A stretch of 63,985 nt of DNA, filler included, from Catajapyx aquilonaris (lineage: Eukaryota): the NCBI GenBank assembly GCA_000934665.2. It is 3 parts of 3 records of this genome, joined end to end, with 100 filler letters (N's around TTAATTAATTAA, not from the genome) between each part and the next. Parts side by side here need not be neighbours in the genome. Positions count along the whole stretch, not along the records: positions 1 to 21,245 come from KZ539476.1; positions 21,346 to 42,813 come from JYFJ02006103.1; 1 more part is not named here. One strand, 5' to 3'. Made by a program: the position numbers and the translations under genes. Positions 12,366-25,443 of the stretch are shown in pieces. The notes beneath the pieces were generated by a model that saw only the letters and a program-made list of their open reading frames with translations, did no database searches and was not told the origin of the DNA. Numbering within the stretch: the stretch's first letter is position 1; every line of letters begins with the position of its first letter.

Positions 12366-15300
12366 CTACTTGGGTTTGCAACACATCTCCGTCAGGTAGA
12401 CAATGAATGCCATGGAGAGTCCAATGCCCCAGGAGACAAAGACCACATAGAGATTCTGCACCATCATCACACCTTGAACCTCGTGACTCACCACCTCCTT
12501 CCCGAATTTCCTTGACAATATCAAGTTCATGAAGAAAGCATGATGTCCATCCTCACGATTCCACTGCTCGAAAATACCACTTTCTCGCAACGTTGTTTGA
12601 ACATGTTGCAGGCCAGTCTGCACCACACTTCCTTTGTCATACACCAGAGTGACATACACATTGTATGCCTTCTCTGGCGCCTCTTTGACCATGTCTCGAC
12701 CCATTGAGTCCATGAACCTGTACTTGGCTCTTCTGACGAAGAAGTCGTAAGCCAAGCAGGCCTTCCCTGGTTTGTTGATGACCTCTTCAATACAGCTGTA
12801 CTCATTGGGAAGGAGCGAGGACTGGTTGATCAGCTTGGTGTGCACCTCGTTGTTGGAGGTCAGCTGCCTGATGATGAGTGAGTTGGAGAAGGGTATCAGA
12901 CACTCGTAGCCTTGTTGGTACAGCTGGTCCATGCTTGTGGGCAGGACCTCTTCGGCTGGGAGGGCCAGTAGGGTGGTCAGCCAGGTGGTGTAGCCGCAAG
13001 TGACCACTATGGCCATCAACCCCATGATGCCTTCGAACAGACGAGGCACGGTCAAGGAGGGAAGAGACTTGGGCTGCTCGATGAGCATCATGAACAGAGC
13101 AGCTATCGATGTTCCCAAGCTGGTTCTTCCTCCAGAAGTGCGGATCAGCATCCACAGAGCTATTCCAGAAATGACCCAGATGACCCCAATGGCTGTCCAG
13201 GTATCAGTGCTTAGTGGCTGGACAAGCACGCTCCAAGGAATCAGTATCCTGGGATATGTGGTCACGAATGTCAAGTAATATTCAAGAACCAACGAAGTGA
13301 CCGTCACGTGCGGCACCACCTGTTAGAAGATATGATATCCCATTATCATAATCATATTTAAAGAAGGACGATTATAATGCTGAGTGAATATTATTTTGTA
13401 GTATGGTAAGTTGGGGGGTCCGCGATAAACTCGGTGAAAGAAAACTCGGCGAATGACCATTCGGCGACTACCATTCGGCGAAAATGAAATTCGCCGAATG
13501 TATTTTTAGGCGACAGAGCATTCACCGAAAACGCTTTTCAGCGAAATTACAATTGGGCGAGTACACTTTTCGGCGACAGGACAATTCGCCGACTCTTTTC
13601 GGTTAAAGGAAACAGCGAGTAATTTACCGCTAGTCGACCATGTCCGTCCAATGGGAAAGTATAGTCAGCCCTGTTGATATCTCCCAAATCACCTGACTTC
13701 CACGAAGCGTTGTGTATATGCTTTGATCATTATTCCCCTGACTCACAGACAGGAATGTTGCAAAGTGAGAGAGGCAGACCGAAGCTGTTGGAGTGTGGTT
13801 TTGTGTACCGGTATGTGAAGGATAAGTCTCACGGAGATAAGGTGAGTGTTTAATTGGCACCGAGACCTACAACAACGAAAACATCCTTGTACTATATTTG
13901 AAGAATGTGACTTATAACATCTCTTATTAGACGAATTATTATGTATCATTGCATATATGAAGAATGCTGTGACTCATAATAATTATCTCTTATGAAGATG
14001 AATTTTTATGTAATGTTTTATCATAATAATACAGTACCTGCTACAGTCTGTCCGATCCATCGCTCCATTCTCTTCTGTGTCTATTTCTATCTCATCGAAA
14101 AGCTTTTTCCGTGAATTGTCCTGTCGCCGAAAAGTGTGCTCGCCCGGCTCGCCCAATTGTAATTTCGCCGAAACTCGTTTTCGGTGAATGCTCCTGTCGT
14201 CGAAAAATACGTTCGGCGAATTTCATTTTCGCCGAATGGTAGTCGCCGAATGGTCATTCGCCGAGTTTTCTTTCGCCGAGTTTATCGGGAACCTAAGTTG
14301 GGGTATTTACAGACGGAATAGATGGCTTTTGTGTTTGTATTAACATATACCTTGGTTATAACACACTGATTTCCGCGGTCCCTTGAAGTACGGTATGTTA
14401 TATCCGGATTAAACCGTATATTAGCAGCAATTTGGCACTGACCCCATTGTCGCACTGACCCCATTGTCGCACTGACCCCAACTTACCCTACATGCTAGTA
14501 CCTTACCTTATCGGAGAGTATGTACACTATTCCTAAGTCTGCCTTTCCAAGCAGGATGTACCCAACTGCACCGACCCAGCTTCCGTTGGGTCGCATGGCA
14601 TCCCAGGTCTCGTGGATGGTGACCTCTGGCATCAAGTACTCCAGCTTCATGTTCAGCACATCTTCCATGAGCAGAGACAGTTTCTCTATCCTGCGCAGAT
14701 ATGAGGAGCCCAATTTGCGCAGATTGCGACGTGACAGACTGGTGTCCACTGAGTCAACGTGCACGAAAAGCATCCGATGGCCGTACATGTTGGTGGACAT
14801 GTCTGGAAAAGCATGTTTGAGGTCTAGGCTTGGATAGTGACCCAGATCAATGAAGCTGGGCTGTCCTTCATTGCAGTAGAAACACACTCTCTCAAGGTGG
14901 AGAGAGTTGACGGTGCGGTTGTAGCTTTGAAAAAAACAATGAATATTATGTTTTGAATCAAAAAAATTGTGCAAGTCTTATATAACTGCGAAATAAAACG
15001 AGTCTGAGTAGTTGGCAAATATTATAGTAAATATTACTTAATAGAAGAAAAATCCTTGCTCTCCTGTTTGGATGGGGCATGTTGGCAAGATGTTGCGGAG
15101 GCCCTCCATAGCGAAATTTAAGAATCGAATTCAGTGGAATATTTTAAATACAGGATTTTATTTCGTAAAGAGTCAATTAGTGCTGAACTAGTAATGTCAC
15201 AAGTCTTTCACTGGTCTCATTTACTGTCCATAGTTTCCGCTAAGTTTGCTTTCATTACCACGTACTGACCAGTATCTGTGACGCATATACTTGGTGCCCC

Positions 15301-16070
15301 ATGAGGTTTATCATGCCTTATTCAACAGTTACATCATGAAAGCAGAGGCACAACCATACCAAGGCTATAATAATATTATTCTGATCGATATGGGCCACGG
15401 GATCTTATTTCAAAAATGTTATGGACTATTGGCTTTGATTATTATGTCTTTCAAAAGTAGACAACTGAAATGACGATTACAAAATTAGTGACATGTAGGC
15501 TACTTACCTGGAAATGATTTTAAAACGGATGCCCTTGGCTGGATGGAGAGTGAGAAGCTTCTTGGTTTGGTCCGGCAGACTTCGAAAGTGCAGCAGAAAG
15601 TGATCCCGGATGTTGTCGATCTTGACTGTACCGACCACATTCAGCACCTGCTGCGGCAGCACGTCCGGTGCATCAGCGACGAACACTGTCACGGCACATG
15701 TGCCGCCAGGTCGAAGGTCAGACCTGACCTCGGGAGGGATGCTGGTGAAGGTGGACAGCTGGTGGGGCCCGGTCAGTCCGAGGTACTCGCTCCATGCCTT
15801 GGGTACGAACGCATTGTGCCTCGTGGTGCTGGTGGTCACACAGGTGCGGTATGACTCCTCGTGCCAGTGCAGCAATTGTCCTAATTCAAGGCTCCTGTTG
15901 ACATCACCTAAGGACAACACCAGGGAGCAATTATGGAACCGGACGTCCTGCAGAATGTCTCTGGCTAACAGGGACACCAGGAGGTCTTCTTTGTCTGCCT
16001 CGCGTAGTTCGACAGGTTTTCCCAAGCAGTCAGATACCAGGGTAACGAGGATGTACAGCACAAGCGCCAT
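12366..16070 (-). CDS. Divergent ionotropic receptor copy 3; exons 16070-15508, 14924-14507, 13319-12366; ~644 aa
   Basis: Same exon phases and motifs as copy 1 (exon 2 is 418 nt in both) and open in frame. The C-tail is 13 aa shorter because of a CAG>TAG change. Confidence 0.88.
13404..14488. mobile_element. Small TIR element (Tc1/mariner/pogo-type MITE) in IR copy 3 intron 2
   Basis: Terminal inverted repeats ggtaagttgggg / ccccaacttacc flanked by TA; internal tandem cattgtcgcactgacccc; interrupted by a nested element. Confidence 0.6.
13417..14293 (+). mobile_element. Non-autonomous Mutator-like (MULE) element with long TIRs and a FLYWCH-like remnant
   Basis: ~180-bp TIRs rich in ttcggcga/tcgccgaa units; 10-bp TSD taagttgggg (13407-13416, 14294-14303). 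Internal 13755-13841 translates MLQSERGRPKLLECGFVYRYVKDKSHGDK, resembling a FLYWCH N-terminus. Confidence 0.8.
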
Positions 16071-16439
16071 GTAGCTTTGGATAAATCCAGTAATGCTGAT
16101 GAACTACACCATCCACATTGCTCCGCCAATGTTCTTCAACCATTTGCACACAATGTCTGTAGACTGAAGCTAAGTCCGAAGATATTTTATTATTGACGAC
16201 CTCTTTGGGTGATTGCTTCAGGCTGTTGCGTCATGCAGCAATTAATAAAATAGTGAAAGTACACTCTAGCAATATTATGGTTACATGCAGAGAGAAACGT
16301 CTTAGGAAAAATATTATGGTCACCATTGGATGCTTATTCTTACCTCATGTAGCCTCATATTCATGAACCAATGAAGGGACCTGTCAAAAGTTGTCAGTAT
16401 TAACACTATACTATTTGTATGTAATCAATATGATTCCAG

Positions 16440-17210
16440 AAAAACTGTATTATGATCATATTCATCCTTTAAGCCATAATTATATCGCACTGTATCGCAC
16501 AGTGATTATTATTTTGTAGTACTGAACAATCATGTTGGAACCTTACCTAATCGGAGAGTATGTACGTACACTATATTCCTAAGTCTGCCTTTCCAAGCAA
16601 TATGTACCCAACTGCACCGACCCAGCTTCAGTTGGGTCGCATGGCATCCCAGGTCTCGTGGATGGTGACCTCTGGCATCAAGTACTCCAGCTTCATGTTC
16701 AATACACCTTCCATGAGCAGAAGTGCGGTATCACTCCCCGTGCCAGTGCAGCAGCAATTATTGTCCTAATTCACGGCTCGTGTTGAAATCTAAGGACAAC
16801 ACCAGGGAGGAAATATTCTGGAACCGGACGTCCTTGCAAGATGTCTCGGGCTAATCGGGACACCAGCAGGTCCTATTTATCTATGCCTCTCTCAGTTCGA
16901 CAGAGTATAATTATAAACCTCACGCCCGCCTGAATAACCGCGAATTATCCTGATTGATTTATCACTCAGTTTCCGTACTGCTATTGGCACATACTCTTCA
17001 AGTATATAGACCCTTCCACATCTGCTTACAACATTGAAGGTCAAGGCGATATAAATATACGTATAGTACGTATAACTAATTAGTAATTACTTATGGCCTT
17101 TTAGATGATTGCTTCTAGCTGAGAGTAACCATTAATAATAATTAGGAAGAGTGACCAATAAATAATATAGTGAGACCCCATTAGCAATATTGTTGTGTTA
17201 CAGACAAAAA
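16440..17210 (-). pseudogene. IR copy 4 relic (internally deleted)
   Basis: The 3' part of exon 2 (~16547-16720) is fused directly to a decayed piece of exon 1 (~16722-16900), followed by the conserved upstream block. Confidence 0.8.
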
Positions 17211-17914
17211 CATATGAGATGAAATTCTGAGGACCTTTTAACGTTTTTATGTTCGTATCTCAATAATTGAACAGTCCATATTCAAATTGTGAGGGAGAAA
17301 AAAAATTGATATTTTTATTTCATGCCATGGCGAAGAAATTATAACTTGCCCTAATTTTTATGTAAGTTATCGGCCGTAGGATGAATTCGGGATTAATGCT
17401 GTTTGTTTCAGGAATGATTGCGAAAATGAGAGAAACAACAAGTTACTCTATGTAAAAAATTTCATAATACATATTAAAATACGTAATTATGTCAACTGTG
17501 CGGTCATTTATTGTCGCTCACGATAAGCGACACTTACATTCCATTGGCCACTTCCTAGTGTTCCTATACTTCATCTATAATGAAATCGAAGTCTAGTTAC
17601 AATTTTCATGGTAACATCATGAAAAGGCTAGGCCATGCAGAGGTAGTGCATATTCACCTGCCAGAACATGTGGCACGTACAGTTGTAGGCTACCTTGTGC
17701 TTATACAGAGTAAACAGAGTGATCCAAATTACGTAATTATGTAATTACTGTTGCCAAATGTGTTTGAAAAAACAACAACAAAAAGATACATTGTACTTTG
17801 TTTTTATTTACTACACAGTACAATAACGACTGCAATCCTACTAATTTCACATATGGCCAGTACATAAAGCTGCCTCTTTTTGTATTGCCTTCTTCAAGAG
17901 TCGTTGCAAACTCT

Positions 17915-19471
<1,557 letters not shown>

Positions 19472-19524
19472 GGCTCTTTCTGTCTGTGATCTTGCGATGT
19501 CTTCAGTGCCTCAAGATGCTGTGT

Positions 19525-19555
19525 ACTGACCATACACTCAGTCGCACCTTTTATA
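19525..19555 (-). promoter_or_regulatory. Core promoter of cathepsin L copy 1 (TATA box + Inr)
   Basis: Minus-strand TATAAAA (19555-19549) lies 28 nt upstream of a TCAGT arthropod-type initiator (19529-19525), about 55 nt before the ATG. Confidence 0.75.
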
Positions 19556-20972
19556 GCCAAAGATCTGCGCGGGAAATTGTCTGACAAACATCATGGCAAA
19601 CATAGTTTAATCGGCCAAGTTCGTGTTTTCGAAATACAAAAAAATGAAGGTCATGAACTGATTAAGGCCCGCAATCATTGCGATCATGAACCTGGGAGGA
19701 ATTTGCACTATTTGTTTGATTGTTTATTCAATGACTGCCTTGGAAATTGCGAGATCATCCAGAATAAAATTGCTAACGTCCAAATAATTATTATCATCAC
19801 CAATAGATACATATCCATCTATCAATATGGACTTCGGGTATTTGCATCATCAATGATCTCGTATTTTTTTTAAATACAGGTGACCATTAGAATTCTCTAG
19901 ATAAGTACATTCATTTTTGATGTCGAGAAAGAAGTATACTATCAGTCAGATATTAATAACCGCAAGTGAATCAGTTTGTTGCCCTTTTTTCCGTCTAGGA
20001 AATTCCCCTTATCACGCACAATTTTTGCAGACATGATAACGTTCCTGACAGGCCATCAGATTATAATGGCAACAACCTCGCGAATTTGCGAAAACCAATG
20101 GCCTAAACAAACAAACAAATAAACTTAAAATTTATTGTGGTAATTCATACGACCGTCTTGATGCCTGTTGCAGTTCCGCCAATTAAAATCAACCCAAGTT
20201 ATCCCCATGTGTCTCACACTTAAAAATTACCCTTGAATAGTACCCCTAAGTATTTGCAATGAGTGCAAGAAATTAATAATAAATATGAAAATACTCTATC
20301 AAATAAAACAATTCCACGTTACACATATGTGGATTTGCTCCTACAATCCCCTAATTCATATTATCTAAGGGCCGCGGCCGGTTGCACCAATCGCGGTATA
20401 TGGAACGGTATATGGAAGAACCCTGCACCGCGGGTACACGGTATATGCCATGAAAAACCGCGGGTTTATTCCATAGCGTTGCACCGGCTATGTAAAAAAT
20501 TTCATAATACATATTAAAGTACATAATTATGTCAACTGTGTGGTAACGGTATGTATTTAATATGGTCATCTCATTTATTGTCGCTCTCGATAAGCGACAC
20601 TTACATACCGTCAGCCACTTCCTAGTGTTTCTACTACATCTATTCGAAGTCTAGTTACATTTCATGGTAACATTATGAAAAGGGTAGGCCATGCGGAGGT
20701 AGTGCATATTCACCTGCCAGAATATGTGGCACGTACAGTAGGCTATCTCGTGCTTACAGAGTAAACAGAGTGATCCAAATTACGTAATTATGTAATTACT
20801 GTTGCCAAATGTGTTTGAAAAAAACAACAACAAAAAGATACATTGTACTTTGTTTTTATTTACTACACAGTACAATAACGACTGCAATCCTACTAATTTC
20901 ACATATGGCCAGTACATAAAGCTGCCTCTTTTTGTATTGACATGATTTTCTTCAAGAGTCGTTGCAAACTCT

Positions 20973-21186
20973 TCACACCACTGGGTACGACGCTTGCGTT
21001 GCGATACCACACTGGTTGCTGCGGTTCCTGGCCATCCAAATGTAGCCCTTCTGACCCCAGCTCTTTCCCCAAGAGTTCTTCACTATCCAGTAATCAACTC
21101 CGGCCTTCGTTGACCCATACCCGACTGCCAACACTCCATGGTCAAGAGCCGTAGTGGAGCACGCAGGTTCTATGTACACTCCTTTC
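20973..21186 (-). CDS. Cathepsin L-like copy 2, last exon only (upstream exons lost at contig end)
   Basis: [31 protein letters not shown]. Region ~20490-21245 is a near-identical duplicate of ~17448-18185. Confidence 0.85.
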
Positions 21187-21245
21187 CTGCAATGGACAAT
21201 AGTTGAATAGGTATAATTTATTACACTTTACAAAATTTAGTCCAC

Positions 21246-21345
21246 NNNNNNNNNNNNNNNNNNNNNNNNNNNNNNNNNNNNNNNNNNNNTTAATTAATTA
21301 ANNNNNNNNNNNNNNNNNNNNNNNNNNNNNNNNNNNNNNNNNNNN
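21246..21345. other. Artificial contig-join linker N44-TTAATTAATTAA-N44
   Basis: Exactly 100 nt with a six-frame-stop 12-mer in the middle; identical structure at 42814-42913. Confidence 0.95.
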
Positions 21346-21408
21346 TATTATATTATATTCTATCATATCATATTATATTATTATTATATTAGTATATTCG
21401 ACTTTTCT

Positions 21409-21667
21409 ACCGAAGCAAGTTGGTGTGGTGGTTAAGGAGTCCGCCTGCTAATCGGGAGGTCCTGGGTTCGAATCCCGGGGCCGGCAACCCTGACCGTGAT
21501 TTTCTGTGGTTTCCCACGGTCCCCCCATGATCATTCCGGGGTTGTTTTCGTATAATAGGCCACAGCCACTTCCTTCCTTCCCTACCCTTGACCCCATACA
21601 ATGGTGGTATTCCACCCCCTTAATGGAGCGCCGATTCTCCCAATGGGGTATACATAAATAAAATAAT
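21409..21667 (+). mobile_element. tRNA-derived SINE family A
   Basis: ACCGAAGC start, TGGTGTGGTGG A box, CTGCTAA loop, GGTTCGAATCC B box, body shared with the 1840-2138 copy, A/T-rich tail. Confidence 0.88.
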
Positions 21668-22733
21668 TTTAAAATATTAGACTTTTCTCATTCAAAAAAG
21701 TATCGATATATCGATTCACATGCTCATACTTGAAATAATGAGAAAAAGTCTACTCGAATCACACTCGGGTGATATTTTTTTCCCGATGTTTTTACTTACA
21801 GGCGGTTGTAAAAGTGGCAAGATTTAAACCGTCCTCATTGTCATAAAAGCCCAGCATCTTCCTCCGGTTCTTAATCATCTCTTCCCGGCCGTTTAAAAAG
21901 CGGGCTGGAAAAAAAAATTGTGAAGAGGGGTTGCTAGGGGGAACAATGATACCCCGGAAAGGGAGTGGGGCGGGTGAGGCGCGAACAAGACCCGAGGACA
22001 TTAAATCCGTAATTAGGATCCCGGTTATACAGCGGGGCCCTGCCGGATAATTTATTGTTTTCATTTGGCATGCTGGAATATTTCCGGGCGGGTCTCTGCT
22101 CAAAATCCGGGCTAACTCGGGCGAAAATGTTGGGAGTCAAAAAGCTAAGGGGAGGAGGAGGAAGAGTGGCCTTATATACACCCCCCCCCCCCCGNCCCCC
22201 CCCCCCCCGAAATGGTAAAAAAACCGGAGGACGAAAAGTGCGGCTTCCTAAGGAAATGTGCCGTGAAACGATGGCGCTAATGAGTGGGAACAACCCTCTC
22301 GGGAATCAAAAATTACAAGGGCTGAATGAGAAGGGACCATTTTTGCCAGATGCGAGACATTGTCTGGAGATAGGGGGGTTCAGACGGGTGTCTTTGTTGT
22401 TGTTGTTGGGAGCACCCAATTAGATGGGGATGGCTTAAGGACGTTGATTGGTGGAATCTCCATATATTGTCAAGAGCATATTCACTAACTAATTCATTTG
22501 GGTCTGTTCATTCCACGGTCTTATACAGGTCTTACCGCGTGCCCTTATCAGTTCACACCTACAGGGAGTGGGTTGCCGGGAACTACACCAGCGCCAAAGC
22601 GGCAACCCTCCTTCCTACAGCTAACTGCATAAGTGGGGTAGGAGTTTTAGGAGGTTGGTTCATATTCACTGGTGGGTCTACCCTATTTACTGTATATATG
22701 TTAGGCACAGTGCTGGACATTAATTATGGGTTA

Positions 22734-22888
22734 TACTGCTAGCGACATTTTTCGTTGCGGCAGACGTCGAAGTGATAGAGTGCGAGTCGTGCGAGTAAGA
22801 AATAGTAGCCCTTGGGTGACGTCACTGGCTGGGGACAAGCCTCTTCTCCATTGCCCCCCAGGTCAAGGCCTACCTCTTCTTACTCACC
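22734..22888. mobile_element. Palindromic MITE-like family H, truncated copy
   Basis: Matches the left two-thirds of the 35761-36000 hairpin element; cut off just before a hAT MITE insertion. Confidence 0.75.
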
Positions 22889-22896
22889 CTTTTAGG

Positions 22897-23270
22897 TAGG
22901 GCTGTGCGATATTTCGATACATCGAGTGTCGATGCGATATTTTCCTAATATCGAAGTTGCGATATCCGACGCTTGGCATGTGCGATATTTCGATACATCG
23001 AGTGTCGATGCGATATTTTCCTAATATCGAAGTTGCGATATCCGACGCTTGGCATGTGCGATATTTCGATACATCGAGTGTCGATGCGATATTTTCCTAA
23101 TATCGAAGTTGCGATATCCGACGCTTGGCATGTGCGATGTATCGAATATCGCGATGTCGGTTTGCGATATTTTTCGATGTCGGTTTTTCGATTTTCGATA
23201 TATCGACTTCGATGCGATATTTTTAGAGTATCGAAAGTCGATGTGCAATTTCGGATATCGCACAGCCCTA
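22897..23270. mobile_element. hAT-type MITE with internal 76-bp tandem triplication
   Basis: TIR tagggctgtgcgatat / atatcgcacagcccta; 8-bp TSD cttttagg (22889-22896, 23271-23278); three identical 76-bp units from 22903, 22979 and 23055. Confidence 0.9.
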
Positions 23271-23381
23271 CTTTTAGGTTTATGCCCCCCCCCCNACTGG
23301 AATTCTGGCTACGTCACTGCCTCACATACTTTTATAATTGATATTAAGGAGGTTGGCCCAGCATTGCCTTTCAACCTCCAA

Positions 23382-23535
23382 GGATAGGGAAGGCAGGAAG
23401 CGGCTGTGGCCTATTATACGGAAGCGACCCCGGCATTATCCTAGAAAGACCGTGGATTGCCGGCCCCGGGATTCGACCCCAGGACCTCCCGATTAGCAGT
23501 CGGACGCCCTCTCCACTATGCCAACCTGCTTCGGT
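23382..23535 (-). mobile_element. tRNA-derived SINE family A (internally deleted)
   Basis: Same head (..cccgattagcagtcgga..gcttcggt on +) and body as the other copies. Confidence 0.82.
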
Positions 23536-25264
23536 TGCCTAACATACTGTAATATAGCTTACATAATGGCAGATTTTTTCCTAATTTGCTTTCATACAAC
23601 TGCCCCATAGTAATGTTGATAAATAAAGTACATGAAGTAATTTCTAGAGTAATACACATGTACCTGAAAGGCATTTTCTAATTAATTTCCGAGTCCTCTA
23701 GCCACATCTGTATCGACATATCTTCCACTTGAGGCACATATCGGAAATAGGGTGGTTGAAACCCACTGGTCCAATATCCTTACCAGAAATCGCCAACAGG
23801 GAGTGTCTTATTCAGTGGAAAAGTGCGGAGTAGATGTAGTAAATCACATAAGCACTTATGGCCTATCTGCATGGGACATGATTGGGGTCTAGACATGCGT
23901 AAAACAGGCCCGATAATGCGTCCCTTTCTCCTCCTCCCNTCCCTAATCTTCTCCGATACATACATCTGTTTTGCAGGCCGACTATAAATTATATCCCCAG
24001 TTTTTCGCTTTTCTCCGCCTTTTTTTGTACCAAAAAGGAAGTTTGTAGCACTGCCTGGATTTACATCTTGGCGAATAGGGGGGGAAGAAATGCTTTTTTC
24101 GTGGATGATTTCATCTTTCGTTTTTTTTTTTCCTTTACAATTTTTGATGTAAAAAAGGGAGGGGGAGATACGCGGTGTAAAACCAAATTGGCCCTGATAT
24201 AAAAGGGAAAATGTTGGGGTTTTATTTAATAGGCCTTGCTATGATTTACGCAAAGTTGTAAGGGGGAAAAAGGGCTTTGAGTAGTATTCGTTCTGTAAGT
24301 TACTCTCTGAATATGGTCCACACTAAAAAAAAAAAAAAAACTCAAATGGTTAAACGAACCAAAATATTTGGCAGTTAGTTCAACCAAAATTTTAGCCGTT
24401 ACATTTTTGGTTGACATGCAAATATTTGGTAGGATCCATCCGATTTGGTTAAAATAAACACATTTTTTTGGTTCAAATATTTTTTTAAAAAAGTACAGGG
24501 TGTACTTGAACCAAACTTGTGATGGTACAGCGTTTTTTATGGTGGGGGTGGTGGGGGGCGGAGCAGTTTCGATAGAACTTCTAGCCATTTCTATTACCAA
24601 GGAATTCCCATGTGACCAACCATTGTCGTTATTTAGTTCTTCCACAATTAATCTCCTGGAAGAGTCGATATGAAGATGAAGTTGCAGTTGGGGAATTATT
24701 ATTATGCGTGAAGGATCCGATGCCATAGATCAGCCTGGAGCCAGTTCCAGAACCCTCTAAAACCATCCTTCTTTGCCTGGACTGAGAAATTTGTATCAGG
24801 CGTCTCAAGGGGACATTTTGGACCAGAGGAAGATGCTGGACAGAGCAAAAGTTTGGGGCCTGAGGAAGAAAAGAATAAGAAGAAAAAAAAAAACAGGCTG
24901 CTGTAGAATGTCTGTCTGTCCTGCAAAGGGACAGAGTGTCGTGGGCGGGGACAAATGACCAGGATTTGTCAGCCGGATCTGCTGCTACTGGGGAATTAGA
25001 CCCTCTAACCAAATAACATTTCCCCCTCCTCCCACTGCAAATAAGACGTTGATAAATTTTTAAAAGATCAAGGCACAGGGAAGGAAGACGCTCCCCGAAT
25101 GGTCCTAATCGACATTGGACTCCTGAAATTAAACAGCAGCTCTTCCGGTTCGTTTTCCAACAGAATGTCCAAGCAGTCGCTATACACTACCTCAGCATAT
25201 CTATTCCAGCTTCATTAAGACTAAGAGATAGACACTAAAAATTCGACCGACATTAATCGCGACA

Positions 25265-25443
25265 ATCGAAGTGAGCCGTGCGAGTAAGAAGAGGTAGGCC
25301 TTGAGTGACGTCATCGGCTGGGGGGCAATGGAGAAACTGCTTGTCCCCCAGCCAGTGACGTCACCCAATGGCTACCATTTCTTACTGGCACGGTTCGCAC
25401 TTCGATTTGCACGTTTGTCGCATCGGAAAATGTCGCTAGCAAC
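25265..25443. mobile_element. Palindromic MITE-like family H, partial copy (opposite orientation)
   Basis: Shares gtgcgagtaagaa, two TGACGTCA and aaaatgtcgctagca with 35761-36000. Confidence 0.75.

Noticed and set aside
21290..21301. TTAATTAATTAA as a biological motif (piggyBac site or homeobox array)
   Set aside because: Symmetrically padded by 44 Ns and repeated identically at 42858-42869, so it is an assembly linker.
21409..21490. tRNA-Ser(GCT) gene
   Set aside because: Has A/B boxes and a CTGCTAA loop, but no proper acceptor stem or long variable arm, and it continues into a shared SINE body found in four copies.
22903..23135. Three identical 76-bp repeats as a CRISPR-like array or repeat-protein ORF
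   Set aside because: No unique spacers; they lie inside a hAT MITE with TIRs and an 8-bp TSD, and the ORFs are by-products of the repeat.
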